35,400 nucleotides of DNA from a virus. Taxonomy: Duplodnaviria > Caudoviricetes. The notes beneath the pieces are model-generated. The model saw only the letters and a program-made list of their open reading frames with translations, ran no database searches and was not told the origin of the DNA. A program made the translations under genes and the position numbers. The DNA is taken from the IMG/VR virus record IMGVR_UViG_3300017832_000020, positions 1 through 35,400 of that record; one strand, 5' to 3'. This document shows positions 35,087 to 35,400 of the stretch, piece after piece (within the stretch, counting starts at the first letter, position 1; every line of letters begins with the position of its first letter).

Positions 35087-35399
35087 GTTGATCCTCCATT
35101 CGGTCAAGGTAATAAAAATGCTGATATTCCTGACACCTTCGACAATACTTCGGAATCCATCCACGGACGGGGAGTGGTTCGATCCATTCTCCCCCGCACC
35201 TTGGACATACGCCGAACACTTCGCGCAATTCCCTGATGCGCTTCGCCCGCCCTCTTTTGGCCTCTCTGATGCGGGGCCAATATTTGCGGATCATGCGCCG
35301 GTTATGCTCTTTCCCGCACTCCGGCGAGCATGTGACCCGTTTCGTGCCCCCGTGCTCAAACATTTTTCCGCAAACGACACAGGCCCGAAGCGGATCAAT
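35079..35399 (-). CDS. Multi-zinc-finger protein (5'-partial)
   Basis: Frame open to the window end; CVVC, CSPEC, CPRC and CRRC motifs. Confidence 0.65.
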   Translation of the reverse strand: MDPLRACVVCGKMFEHGGTKRVTCSPECGKEHNRRMIRKYWPRIREAKRGRAKRIRELREVFGVCPRCGGEWIEPLPVRGWIPKYCRRCQEYQHFYYLDRMEDQHD

Positions 35400-35400
35400 C

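Larger units (their letters stand above)
1..35400. mobile_element. Temperate tailed phage genome segment (podovirus-like), non-integrated form
   Basis: Continuous phage modules (head, short tail, lysis, immunity, replication, integration). Phage genes lie on both sides of an intact attP, and no host housekeeping genes are present. Confidence 0.93.

Overview
The window is about 35 kb of a high-GC temperate tailed phage from a Bacillota host, probably Paenibacillaceae-like. The host call rests on GGGGGTGA/AGGAGG ribosome-binding sites, a Cheo-type SOS box, and stalk and SLH-like domains. Gene order is: RyR-domain protein, P22-like portal, scaffold, major capsid, two adaptor-like genes, nozzle-like protein, tail fibre, a lower-GC accessory block with a secreted serine protease, two large ejection-type proteins, holin and amidase. 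These are followed by a LexA-controlled unit, a repressor/Cro switch, recombination (SbcC-like ATPase, RecT, MBL nuclease), replication (O-like protein, DnaB), three DNA methyltransferases, RuvC-like, DUF5131, ArpU, Xis, attP and a tyrosine integrase operon. No tape measure, tail tube or sheath gene is visible, so the virion is probably podovirus-like. The attP is intact (3' half of tRNA-Val(GAC) with arm repeats on both sides), so this is the excised or virion form. The most notable signals are: (1) a thrice-repeated, covarying hairpin/pseudoknot motif at the scaffold gene start; (2) a divergent promoter pair, with an SOS-boxed promoter driving a small Cys4 protein towards a non-self-cleaving repressor and an opposite promoter driving a candidate sRNA towards the endolysin; (3) a relocated integration module whose arm sites lie inside the integrase tail. 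All protein calls come from motif recognition by eye, not database searches.
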